Shown here: positions 8,266 through 15,839 of the stretch, piece after piece | Layout: the number at the start of each line of letters is the position of its first letter | How positions within the stretch are numbered: position 1 is the stretch's first letter | DNA from: a virus | Lineage: Duplodnaviria; Caudoviricetes | Reading direction: 5' to 3' (one strand) | Length of the DNA stretch: 36,582 nucleotides | Virus record (IMG/VR): IMGVR_UViG_3300005077_000058 | Coordinates: 1 to 36,582 of that record | Notes under the pieces: generated by a model | Databases searched by the model: none | What the model was told of the DNA's origin: nothing | What the model saw: the letters and a program-made list of their open reading frames with translations, nothing else | Made by a program: the position numbers and the translations under genes

Positions 8266-8717
8266 AAAATTTCATACTTAATAATATAAAACTTATTCCC
8301 TAGTGTCTTCTTCCACACCGTTCTGAATTGACGCTTGCTTTGAGAGTCGACAATCGTCACCATCTCCCCCATCTCACTAGCTACAACAACCGCATGGCTG
8401 CCTATAGTAGCCAGCATTGAATACTTACCTATAGTTTTCTTGTATTCAACGGCTTGCAGCTCACGTAATCTAACTGTGACCTCTTTATCGTCGATTATAA
8501 CGGTTATTTCTGGCTGGACGGCTATTATGTCATGAAAGCTCCAAAATAGAGAACGGAATACTTGCAAATAACCACGTTTTTTAAAAAACACCTTGATGAG
8601 CTGCCAAGGCGAAAGGTCGACTGTTTTATGAGTCCTTAGAATATCGAGCATCAGCCAGTTCGAGATTGCAAAAAACGTACAAAAGTTATTCTTGATCTGG
8701 CGATAGTGTTTGAACAT
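8262..8717 (-). CDS. Papain/C39-like cysteine peptidase
   Basis: Q..NNFCTFFA (Gln/Cys), SHAVVV (His), IVDSQ (Asp). Confidence 0.55.
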   Translation of the reverse strand: MFKHYRQIKNNFCTFFAISNWLMLDILRTHKTVDLSPWQLIKVFFKKRGYLQVFRSLFWSFHDIIAVQPEITVIIDDKEVTVRLRELQAVEYKKTIGKYSMLATIGSHAVVVASEMGEMVTIVDSQSKRQFRTVWKKTLGNKFYIIKYEIL

Positions 8718-8817
8718 TTGCTGGTTGATTATGAGTCAACCAGACAGGGCAGATACACTGTTGCATATCTGACGCTAGTAGTCAACATAAGAACTCATCC
8801 TGTCAACATAAATACAT

Positions 8818-8847
8818 TTGACTTTCTGGCACGTGACGTGCTATGAT
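8818..8847 (+). promoter_or_regulatory. Sigma70-type promoter of the Csf/Ibr cassette with a palindrome in the spacer
   Basis: TTGACT(8818-23), 18 bp, TATGAT(8842-47), with extended -10 TG; palindrome GCACGT-G-ACGTGC at 8829-8841. Confidence 0.7.
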
Positions 8848-8886
8848 AGATACGTAAGCTACTTCATATTATTTAACCCAATCACT

Positions 8887-9291
8887 ATGAAGACTCAAAT
8901 TACAAAATTCTACAACGCTCAAGTCAAAACAAACGAAAAAAACGGTTTAAATTTCATGGATGCAAAAAAAGAGGCATATAAAGAACTTTACGACGAATTT
9001 TTTACAGAGCTTGATTCAAAGTTTGGCCAAGATGTCAAAGATTCCGCCTTCTGGGATGCAGTGAATGAGTGTGACGGAAATTCCCAGGAAATGGTCACAG
9101 ACTGGGAAAGTGAAGAAGGTCAAAAATTTGAAGATCTTTCAGATAAAGAAGTAGAAAATATTTTCAAAGATAAATGGGAAGAAACGTTTAGCCCTTGGAC
9201 AGAGAACCCTTGGCTTTTGGGCCCCGCTAAAGAAGAAGAAAAATATAAATATTTTGACCTGCTTCTTGAAGCTGCAGGCGTAAGCATCTAA
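8887..9291 (+). CDS. Acidic hypothetical protein (start revised from 8818)
   Basis: ATG at 8887 lies downstream of the promoter; D/E- and aromatic-rich. Confidence 0.7.
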   Translation: MKTQITKFYNAQVKTNEKNGLNFMDAKKEAYKELYDEFFTELDSKFGQDVKDSAFWDAVNECDGNSQEMVTDWESEEGQKFEDLSDKEVENIFKDKWEETFSPWTENPWLLGPAKEEEKYKYFDLLLEAAGVSI

Positions 9292-9307
9292 ATACTGTTG
9301 TCAAACC

Positions 9308-9337
9308 GGCCGCGACCCAATCACGAGCGCGGCCTTT
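9308..9337 (+). terminator. GC-rich hairpin, possible weak terminator or processing site
   Basis: GGCCGCG(9308-14), 13-nt loop, CGCGGCC(9328-34), then TTT. Confidence 0.45.
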
Positions 9338-9356
9338 CATATTTTCACATAAAATC

Positions 9357-9701
9357 ATGAAAAAAGAAACAATCAAAGAAATAGTAGACCAGATAATCAA
9401 TCACGGCCATGAGGGTGAATATCTGATAATAGATGGTGAGTCATGGAGAATAGAGCCTGAACCTATTGGCGGCTCGTTTGTCTTCAAGATACCGGAATAT
9501 GACGGATTCGTTGAAAATATGAAAGAAGACCTGATGCTTGATCTCATGCACCTAATCAGCGTATGGGAAGCCAAAGCACCGGCAAGAGACAGGGCCAGTA
9601 AAATGAATGAAACGTTAAGGAAAAACAATCCTGGTCATTACAAGAAAGCGGGGCGGAAAAGATGGAATAAGATCAAGAAAAATATTAAAATATATCCATG
9701 A
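9357..9701 (+). CDS. Hypothetical protein with acidic N-terminus and basic C-terminal helix
   Basis: ATGA-coupled to csf1; C-terminal HYKKAGRKRWNK suggests nucleic-acid binding. Confidence 0.7.
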   Translation: MKKETIKEIVDQIINHGHEGEYLIIDGESWRIEPEPIGGSFVFKIPEYDGFVENMKEDLMLDLMHLISVWEAKAPARDRASKMNETLRKNNPGHYKKAGRKRWNKIKKNIKIYP

Positions 9702-10312
9702 AGACTTTTCTTCAAAAAAGAATCACCTTTGAAGGGGGAAAAAGTATTGGCTTAAATATTTGTGGTATATGTAAAGAATACCTTGAATGCTTTGATGTGC
9801 TTAAAGATACTTTCACGAATCTTGATGAAGTTGGAACAGGTGTGTTTTGTGCTGAATGCGCACCTTTATTCACAACAGAATGGCTAAAAACAGCTTTTTA
9901 TTTCACTGAAAAAGAAATGCGAAAATTAAAACAGGCAGAGTTCGAGGATTTGTTATTTAACAATAAACTTGAATTTCCTTGTGTTCTTTCGTTTTCTGCG
10001 AGTAGAAAAAAACACAGACTTTATCGCAGTAATATAAGCAATTCACCAGAGCACGTCTATATATCCACAGATAACGGAGAAGTTGACTTGAATATTGAAA
10101 AAGATAAAAAGATTTTTGATGCCATGAAAAAACTTTATTCATTCAAAATCTCAAAAGAATGGATAAAGACCGGTAATTATCCATCTGGCGCTATTGCTGT
10201 AATCGGACTTCAACAGTTCATGAAGCTGGAAAAAGAACTTAAAAAACACAGGGGAACAGAAAAATTTAATTTACTTGTAGATTTTTTAAATAAACCAAAT
10301 GGAAATATATGA
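9698..10312 (+). CDS. csf1: Type IV CRISPR large subunit Csf1 (Cas8-like)
   Basis: CGIC...TFTN...CAEC Zn motif and P.VL...S.KKH motif; in an operon with Csf2/Csf3. Confidence 0.75.
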   Translation: MKTFLQKRITFEGGKSIGLNICGICKEYLECFDVLKDTFTNLDEVGTGVFCAECAPLFTTEWLKTAFYFTEKEMRKLKQAEFEDLLFNNKLEFPCVLSFSASRKKHRLYRSNISNSPEHVYISTDNGEVDLNIEKDKKIFDAMKKLYSFKISKEWIKTGNYPSGAIAVIGLQQFMKLEKELKKHRGTEKFNLLVDFLNKPNGNI

Positions 10313-10619
10313 AAAAATAGCAGATGTCCTTGAGGATGTCTGGATAAATATTGACTGGGATAACATCGATTCACGCCGGAGGATGAAAATATGGAGTGAA
10401 TTTGAAGCGCAGGTAAAAGCTTTGGCAAAATGTTATTCGCAATTACAGCCGTTCTTGGATAAATTATGCAGACGGTTTAATTCGCGGCTTACAAAACAGC
10501 AAACAAAATCTATATTAGAAGATCAAAAAGGTACATTAAATATATTACGAAATGAAACTACAATACCTGTTTTAATTCTTAAACTTAGGCAAGATGCAAA
10601 GAAATCAAACAGTTTATGA
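10299..10619 (+). CDS. Type IV-B small subunit (Cas11-like)
   Basis: About 106 aa, all-helical (IW..FE.QVK..A, FLDKLCRRF, L..LRNET); directly after csf1. Confidence 0.6.
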   Translation: MEIYEKIADVLEDVWINIDWDNIDSRRRMKIWSEFEAQVKALAKCYSQLQPFLDKLCRRFNSRLTKQQTKSILEDQKGTLNILRNETTIPVLILKLRQDAKKSNSL

Positions 10620-11883
10620 GGCTGCGAAGGAACGAATTAAATTCACATTTGACCACTTTGAAAAAATTAGTCTCTCTTTTTCAGGTGGCAAGGATAGTAC
10701 GGTGATGATGCATTTGGTTTGCGCTGAAGCTAGAAAAAGAAAACGTAAAATAGGATTGTTGATAATTGATCTTGAAGCCCAATATAAAGCCACCATGGAA
10801 CATGCTGTTGAAATGGTTGAAAAATATAAAGATGTACTTGAAATATATTGGGTGGCTTTACCGATTCATTTACGTAATGCAGTAAGCGTTTTTGACCCGC
10901 AATGGATTTGTTGGAATGATAACCAAAAAGATAAATGGGTACGACAACCTCCTGAATTTGCAATTACAAATAAAACTTTTTTCCCATTCTATCAATATGC
11001 AATGGAATTTGAAGATTTTGTTGATGAATTTAATAAATGGTATGCATATGAAGATGGCAGGAAAAGAATAACAGCGTGCTTCATTGGTATTCGTACACAG
11101 GAAAGTCTCAATAGGTGGAAGGCAATACATCGACACGAGGATTGTAATTTTCTTGGTAAAAAATATCTCAACAAAATTGAAGAACATATAATTAATGCCT
11201 ATCCAATATTTGATTTCAAAACAGAAGATATTTGGAAGGCTATAGGAATAAACAGTTGGGAGTACAATAAAATTTACGATCTTATGTATCAGACAGGAAA
11301 AACAATAAATGAATGCAGGATATGTCAGCCTTACGGAGACGATCAAAAACGAGGGCTGGATTTATTTCGGCAGTGTGAGCCTGAAACTTGGGAAAAAGTA
11401 GTGCAAAGAGTATCAGGAGCTAATTACGGCAATATTTATTGCGGTACTTACCTGCTTGGAAATAATAAAGTCATACTTCCTCCAAATATGACATGGCGTA
11501 AATATTTAGATTTTCTTCTTGAGACAATTCCTAAATGGCAAGCTGAATGGTACAAACATAAATTCAAAATATTCATGGATAATTGGGATAAATATTTTGA
11601 AGATTATATACAGGGGAATGCTTATAAATACGAAGGAAAAAAGATTTATGACAAAATAAATGCTTTTGCTGAACGTTGGCGAAGTCAAAAGGAAATTCCA
11701 GTTGAAGACCGTATAGCTGATGAAGAAGACCCACAGCTTGAAGGATTACCATTAGCACCGAGTTACAGACGAATGGTCAAATGCGTGTATAAAAATGATC
11801 TAGTCTGTTTTGGTCTAGGGCATGGTAGAACGCCAAATCTTTATTACGTTTTAGAATCTTACAAACAACAATATGGAGAATAA
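10594..11883 (+). CDS. ibrA: PAPS-reductase (CysH)-family protein of IbrA/YbdN (DUF3440) type
   Basis: PP-loop SFSGGKDS, IDLEAQY, RNAVS, GIRTQESLNR, YPIFDFKTEDIW, YN.IYDLMY, RICQPYGD, RVSGAN. Confidence 0.88.
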   Translation: MQRNQTVYEAAKERIKFTFDHFEKISLSFSGGKDSTVMMHLVCAEARKRKRKIGLLIIDLEAQYKATMEHAVEMVEKYKDVLEIYWVALPIHLRNAVSVFDPQWICWNDNQKDKWVRQPPEFAITNKTFFPFYQYAMEFEDFVDEFNKWYAYEDGRKRITACFIGIRTQESLNRWKAIHRHEDCNFLGKKYLNKIEEHIINAYPIFDFKTEDIWKAIGINSWEYNKIYDLMYQTGKTINECRICQPYGDDQKRGLDLFRQCEPETWEKVVQRVSGANYGNIYCGTYLLGNNKVILPPNMTWRKYLDFLLETIPKWQAEWYKHKFKIFMDNWDKYFEDYIQGNAYKYEGKKIYDKINAFAERWRSQKEIPVEDRIADEEDPQLEGLPLAPSYRRMVKCVYKNDLVCFGLGHGRTPNLYYVLESYKQQYGE

Positions 11884-12433
11884 ACACCCTGTTAATAATG
11901 TTCAGTGGATTCCAATAGATAAGGTATTTTCAAACGATTATAATCCAAACAAGGTAGCGCCACCTGAAATGAAGCTTTTGGAAAAAAGCATACGTGAAGA
12001 TGGATACACGCAGCCGGTGGTATGTTTTTATGATAAAAAAAACGATAAATATGTTATTGTAGATGGATTTCATCGATACAGAGTCTGTAAAGAAAATGCT
12101 GATATACAAGAAAGTACAGGAGGGTGCTTGCCAGTGGTGATTATAGACAAGCCAATAAGTAATCGTATGGCAAGTACAATTAGGCATAATAGAGCAAGGG
12201 GAACACACCAAATAGGAAATATGGCTGATCTTGTATCACAGTTATATCTTTCAGGATGGAGCAATAAACGAATAGGAGAAGAATTAGGGATGGATTTAGA
12301 TGAAATTAACAGGTTAAAACAATTTAAAGGGCTAGGGATTTTGTTTAAAAACTATGAATTTTCCAAAGCAGAACAAGATGATCAAACGTTTCATTATAAA
12401 TTTAGAAAACCAGTATTTAATCAACCTCAATGA
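11873..12433 (+). CDS. ibrB: ParB/Srx-domain protein of IbrB/YbdM type
   Basis: NDYNPNKVAPPEMKLL..SI.EDGYTQPVV, IVDGFHRY, MASTIRHNRARGTH, C-terminal HTH. Confidence 0.9.
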   Translation: MENKHPVNNVQWIPIDKVFSNDYNPNKVAPPEMKLLEKSIREDGYTQPVVCFYDKKNDKYVIVDGFHRYRVCKENADIQESTGGCLPVVIIDKPISNRMASTIRHNRARGTHQIGNMADLVSQLYLSGWSNKRIGEELGMDLDEINRLKQFKGLGILFKNYEFSKAEQDDQTFHYKFRKPVFNQPQ

Positions 12434-13290
12434 AACAATATCAGATAAAAGCTAAACTCCTTTCCTCTGCTATCCATACAGAAGAAACAAATAGTAATAT
12501 AGCCAACATATTCAGGGAAAGAATCTTAAAGGAAGATGTAATTTATGACGTTCCATGTATTCATGGGAACTCTATCAGAGGACATTTACGTAACATTGGA
12601 GCTGAACATTTTTTACAGAAAATTGAAGCTGAACCTAATTCACTTCCTACTAGTTTATTCCACATCCTTTTTTCCGGTGGAGCGCTTGAAAAATCAGAAG
12701 TCATTATTGATATAATGGCAAAAAAGAAACTACGTGAAACAGTTCCCTTTCTTTCTGTTTTTGGCTCTGCTGTTGGAGATGAAATGCTTGATGGTAAGCT
12801 AATTGTTTCTTCTGGCGTACCAGTATGTAAAGAGCTTCAAACAGGTAATACTTCAATCTATGATATGGTACAGCTCATTAGATATACCCGACAGGATGAC
12901 ACAAAAAAGTATTGTGGCGAGGCGTTTTCACAAGGAAACGAAATCACGCAGCAGATGTTTTATGACATTGAATGCCTGATTGCCGGAACGGAATTAAACT
13001 TTGAAATAATTTTGAAAAATCCTTCTGAAATAGAAGTGGGAATGATGGAAACTGTTTTGTCATTATTCCATGACAAATATCCATATTTAGGCAGCAAATC
13101 ATCAGCAGGCCATGGAAAGATAGAATTTGATTTTAAACCTGAAGCTGAACTGATAGAAAAATATAATCAGTATTTGATTAACAATAAAAATGAAATCAAA
13201 GAATACCTTGCAGAAAGATTCAATGGAAAGGTTATTAATAACCGCACACCTGAAATCAAACCCGATCATCTATCACAACATGTATCTTGA
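12430..13290 (+). CDS. csf2: Type IV CRISPR backbone subunit Csf2 (Cas7 RAMP)
   Basis: VPCIHGNSIRGHLR, LFSGGAL, PFLSVFGS, G.L.V, C-terminal G-rich loop LGSKSSAGHG. Confidence 0.88.
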   Translation: MKQYQIKAKLLSSAIHTEETNSNIANIFRERILKEDVIYDVPCIHGNSIRGHLRNIGAEHFLQKIEAEPNSLPTSLFHILFSGGALEKSEVIIDIMAKKKLRETVPFLSVFGSAVGDEMLDGKLIVSSGVPVCKELQTGNTSIYDMVQLIRYTRQDDTKKYCGEAFSQGNEITQQMFYDIECLIAGTELNFEIILKNPSEIEVGMMETVLSLFHDKYPYLGSKSSAGHGKIEFDFKPEAELIEKYNQYLINNKNEIKEYLAERFNGKVINNRTPEIKPDHLSQHVS

Positions 13291-13840
13291 TGGTATTCTT
13301 CATCATTTCGTACATGAACAGATGAAAGAAATCATGCATCGGCCACGCAAACCAAATGAACCACCATTGGAGGTTGTTATCCCCATTCAACGCAAAGGCG
13401 ATACGTATTTATGCTCTAAAGCACGCTATAAACCAATACAGCAGTACATTAATAAATGGCGCAAACGTTTCGATATTCAGCACGCAGAACACTGGAAAGA
13501 TAAACAAAAATTTAGAGTGGATTCAACCAAAACCAAAAACTATGACATGCCAGTACAAGTAACTATCTGTAAGGACAACAAGGTAAGCTGGATATGCATT
13601 GGAGACAAGGAGAAAATCAAAGAGATACTGACCAAAGTACACGGAATAGGTAAAAAGAACTCACAAGGATATGGATTAATAGAAAAATGGACAATTGAAA
13701 AGACTGATCATATTGGTGTGAGACATTTTCCTGTAATGTATAAAAAAGGGCTACCAGATGGTGAAATAACAGAATATATAACTTGTAATCCCCCTTATTC
13801 TGCTGGACAAAAACGGCTGTGTGTGATAAGAAAATTCTAG
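13223..13840 (+). CDS. csf3: Type IV CRISPR subunit Csf3 (Cas5 RAMP); start revised from 13190
   Basis: L.ITAHL, YLDGIL, G-rich loop GIGKKNSQGYGLIEKW, C-terminal PPY. Confidence 0.82.
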   Translation: MERLLITAHLKSNPIIYHNMYLDGILHHFVHEQMKEIMHRPRKPNEPPLEVVIPIQRKGDTYLCSKARYKPIQQYINKWRKRFDIQHAEHWKDKQKFRVDSTKTKNYDMPVQVTICKDNKVSWICIGDKEKIKEILTKVHGIGKKNSQGYGLIEKWTIEKTDHIGVRHFPVMYKKGLPDGEITEYITCNPPYSAGQKRLCVIRKF

Positions 13841-13927
13841 TTTTACCATTTTTTTTAATAAAATGGCTTATCTTTGAGGTCTTGATGTGGCGTTACCCTA
13901 CGATAAAAGGGGCTTAGAAATCTAACA

Positions 13928-13957
13928 GGGGGTATTTGGGAACAAATGCCCTTTTTT
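13928..13957 (+). terminator. Intrinsic terminator closing the Csf/Ibr operon
   Basis: GGGTATTTG-GGAA-CAAATGCCC followed by T6. Confidence 0.8.
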
Positions 13958-13974
13958 AGTATTATTTAAAAACC

Positions 13975-14003
13975 TTGACAACCGTCAGTTCTATGTATAT
14001 AAT
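13975..14003 (+). promoter_or_regulatory. Perfect-consensus sigma70 promoter
   Basis: TTGACA(13975-80), 17 bp, TATAAT(13998-14003). Confidence 0.85.
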
Positions 14004-14092
14004 AGCTCCTTGTTTGGTGTTGACCCAGCAACAATTAATGATATTAGAAAAAACAAAAGTTGGAAGTATATTTTTAATTCTTAATTTTAAGT

Positions 14093-14242
14093 ATGTTAAT
14101 AATTTTTATTGTTGGATTAGCAATATTAGCTGGAATTCTATCATTTATACCGGGGCTTAATATCCTCGGATGGATAACTTTTGCAATTATTGTTCCATTA
14201 GGGGCTTGGTGTTGGTATCAAGAGAAGAAGTCCCATACTTAA
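14093..14242 (+). CDS. 49-aa two-TM membrane microprotein (MLIIFIVGLAILAGILSFIPGLNILGWITFAIIVPLGAWCWYQEKKSHT)
   Basis: Hand-translated; the most plausible ORF downstream of the consensus promoter. Confidence 0.6.
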   Translation: MLIIFIVGLAILAGILSFIPGLNILGWITFAIIVPLGAWCWYQEKKSHT

Positions 14243-15827
14243 CTAATGCTTTTACTACACTATTAACGGCTTTTGTTGATTGACCACTTTCCTTTGCCAG
14301 TACTTTTGCTATTCTTGTTTTCCAAAGCGGTGACCTTATTAATGCAGGCAAAGCAGCTCCAATTAATGTATTTCGTACCCAATCTTGAGGATTGCCACTT
14401 GCAGCTGCTGCGCTTCCTCCAGCCAATGCTCCCACTCCAGTCATCAAGGCATTCGTATTTCTTGTTGCTACCGCCGCTCGTGCTGTTGCAGCTTTTTCAG
14501 CACCAAGAAAATTTGCATATCTTAACTGCGCTTCTTTTGTGCCCGGAGCAAGTTCATCAAGTCTGTCTCCAATCGCCCTGTAAAGTTTGTGTAATTGCTT
14601 ATTAGCTTCATTTTCTCCAACTTGATTTGTCCATTTTGTAAGTTTACCTATTTTCTTTTGGAATTCCCAAAGCTCTTTTGCATTCATATTTTCAACTGGC
14701 ACTTGACCGACAATCTTCACTTCACCAGAAGCCACGTCTGGAACAGTCTTATTGACCAAATCTTGAATTTTTTGTATATAAGTTTTCTGTGTTGCTGTAT
14801 CTGCATTCTTTTTAGCGAAATCATCAAGGTTATTTTTCAATAAATCTGATACTGAAACAGTTTTTGCGTCATCAGCAGTACTTACTATTGTTTCAACTGC
14901 TTTTCCTGCGTCATTTTTCACAGTTGAAATCTTTTTAACCAGATCATCCCATGAATTAGCAACAATCCCTTCTTGCGCCACTGCCAAGGCTGGATCTTTA
15001 CCAAATGTATAAGCGTTTTTATCAGGCTTAATAAGTTTGGCAATTTCATTTCTTGCAGCTTTTACTTTACCGTTTTTAATTAAATTTTTAACAGCCCCTA
15101 ATCCTTCTGCGACAAATGGTATTGCGGCACTTATAGCAGCGGTTTCTAGTGTATTTTTACTAATTTCTCCTTCCTGCATAGCCTCTGTTGCACCTGCCGC
15201 ACCCCCTGCCAGAACAGCCTCTGTTCCTAATTTAGCACCAGTGGACAACACCTTGCCAGCACCGCCAGCTTTCGCTGCTGCTTCGGCCGCTTTACCCGCT
15301 TTCCCTATCTTTGACATTGGCAAAGCAAATTCTGCCACCTGCTCACCAATAAAACCAATATTCTGCTCCAATCCCTTTGGCGCTATAGCTTCATCAATCT
15401 GCTGATTAACACCTTCATCAATTTGTGCCTTTACACCTGTAACAGCTTCCAACCCCTTCACTCCCAATTCTGCCGCTCCTTTAACGGTATTCAATGCACC
15501 TTTTGCAACTCCAACGCCTACGCCTCCGAAAGGATTCATGGCGTTTTCTGCCTTGATTTTCATTTCTTCTTCCTGCTTTGCTGCCTGCTGTAATCCTTCC
15601 TTTAATTTGGGCTCTAAAGCCTCCTGTTCACTTTGCGGTAACATCCCATGCATCATTTGGTATTGAGCAGCTGGAATAGTTGTAGTACGTTCTTCTAGCC
15701 TAACTTTACCTCTGTATTCAGGGTATTTCTTCACTATAGCGTCAGCAAGTGTTTTGTCATCTACATTCCTATATTCAGGGTATTTTGCTTTTATTTTTGC
15801 AGAAAATTCTTGTACTGATAATGCCAT
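14187..15827 (-). CDS. Putative DNA ejection / internal virion protein
   Basis: Ala/Gly-rich amphipathic helices, N-terminal KYPEY repeat, last gene of the podovirus virion module. Confidence 0.6.
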   Translation of the reverse strand: MALSVQEFSAKIKAKYPEYRNVDDKTLADAIVKKYPEYRGKVRLEERTTTIPAAQYQMMHGMLPQSEQEALEPKLKEGLQQAAKQEEEMKIKAENAMNPFGGVGVGVAKGALNTVKGAAELGVKGLEAVTGVKAQIDEGVNQQIDEAIAPKGLEQNIGFIGEQVAEFALPMSKIGKAGKAAEAAAKAGGAGKVLSTGAKLGTEAVLAGGAAGATEAMQEGEISKNTLETAAISAAIPFVAEGLGAVKNLIKNGKVKAARNEIAKLIKPDKNAYTFGKDPALAVAQEGIVANSWDDLVKKISTVKNDAGKAVETIVSTADDAKTVSVSDLLKNNLDDFAKKNADTATQKTYIQKIQDLVNKTVPDVASGEVKIVGQVPVENMNAKELWEFQKKIGKLTKWTNQVGENEANKQLHKLYRAIGDRLDELAPGTKEAQLRYANFLGAEKAATARAAVATRNTNALMTGVGALAGGSAAAASGNPQDWVRNTLIGAALPALIRSPLWKTRIAKVLAKESGQSTKAVNSVVKALVKYGTSSLDTNTKPLMEQ

Positions 15828-15839
15828 GTTTTTTTATTA

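Noticed and set aside
8736-8811. GTCAAC repeats as a CRISPR mini-array
   Set aside because: Repeats are only 6-10 bp with irregular spacing (45 and 21 bp); more like operators.
11873-12433. ParB as a plasmid-prophage partition protein
   Set aside because: Motifs are IbrB/YbdM-type, it is coupled to IbrA, and there is no ParA.
13975-14160. 61-aa ORF from the ORF track
   Set aside because: Its TTG start is the -35 box of a consensus promoter; the 14093-14242 ORF fits better.
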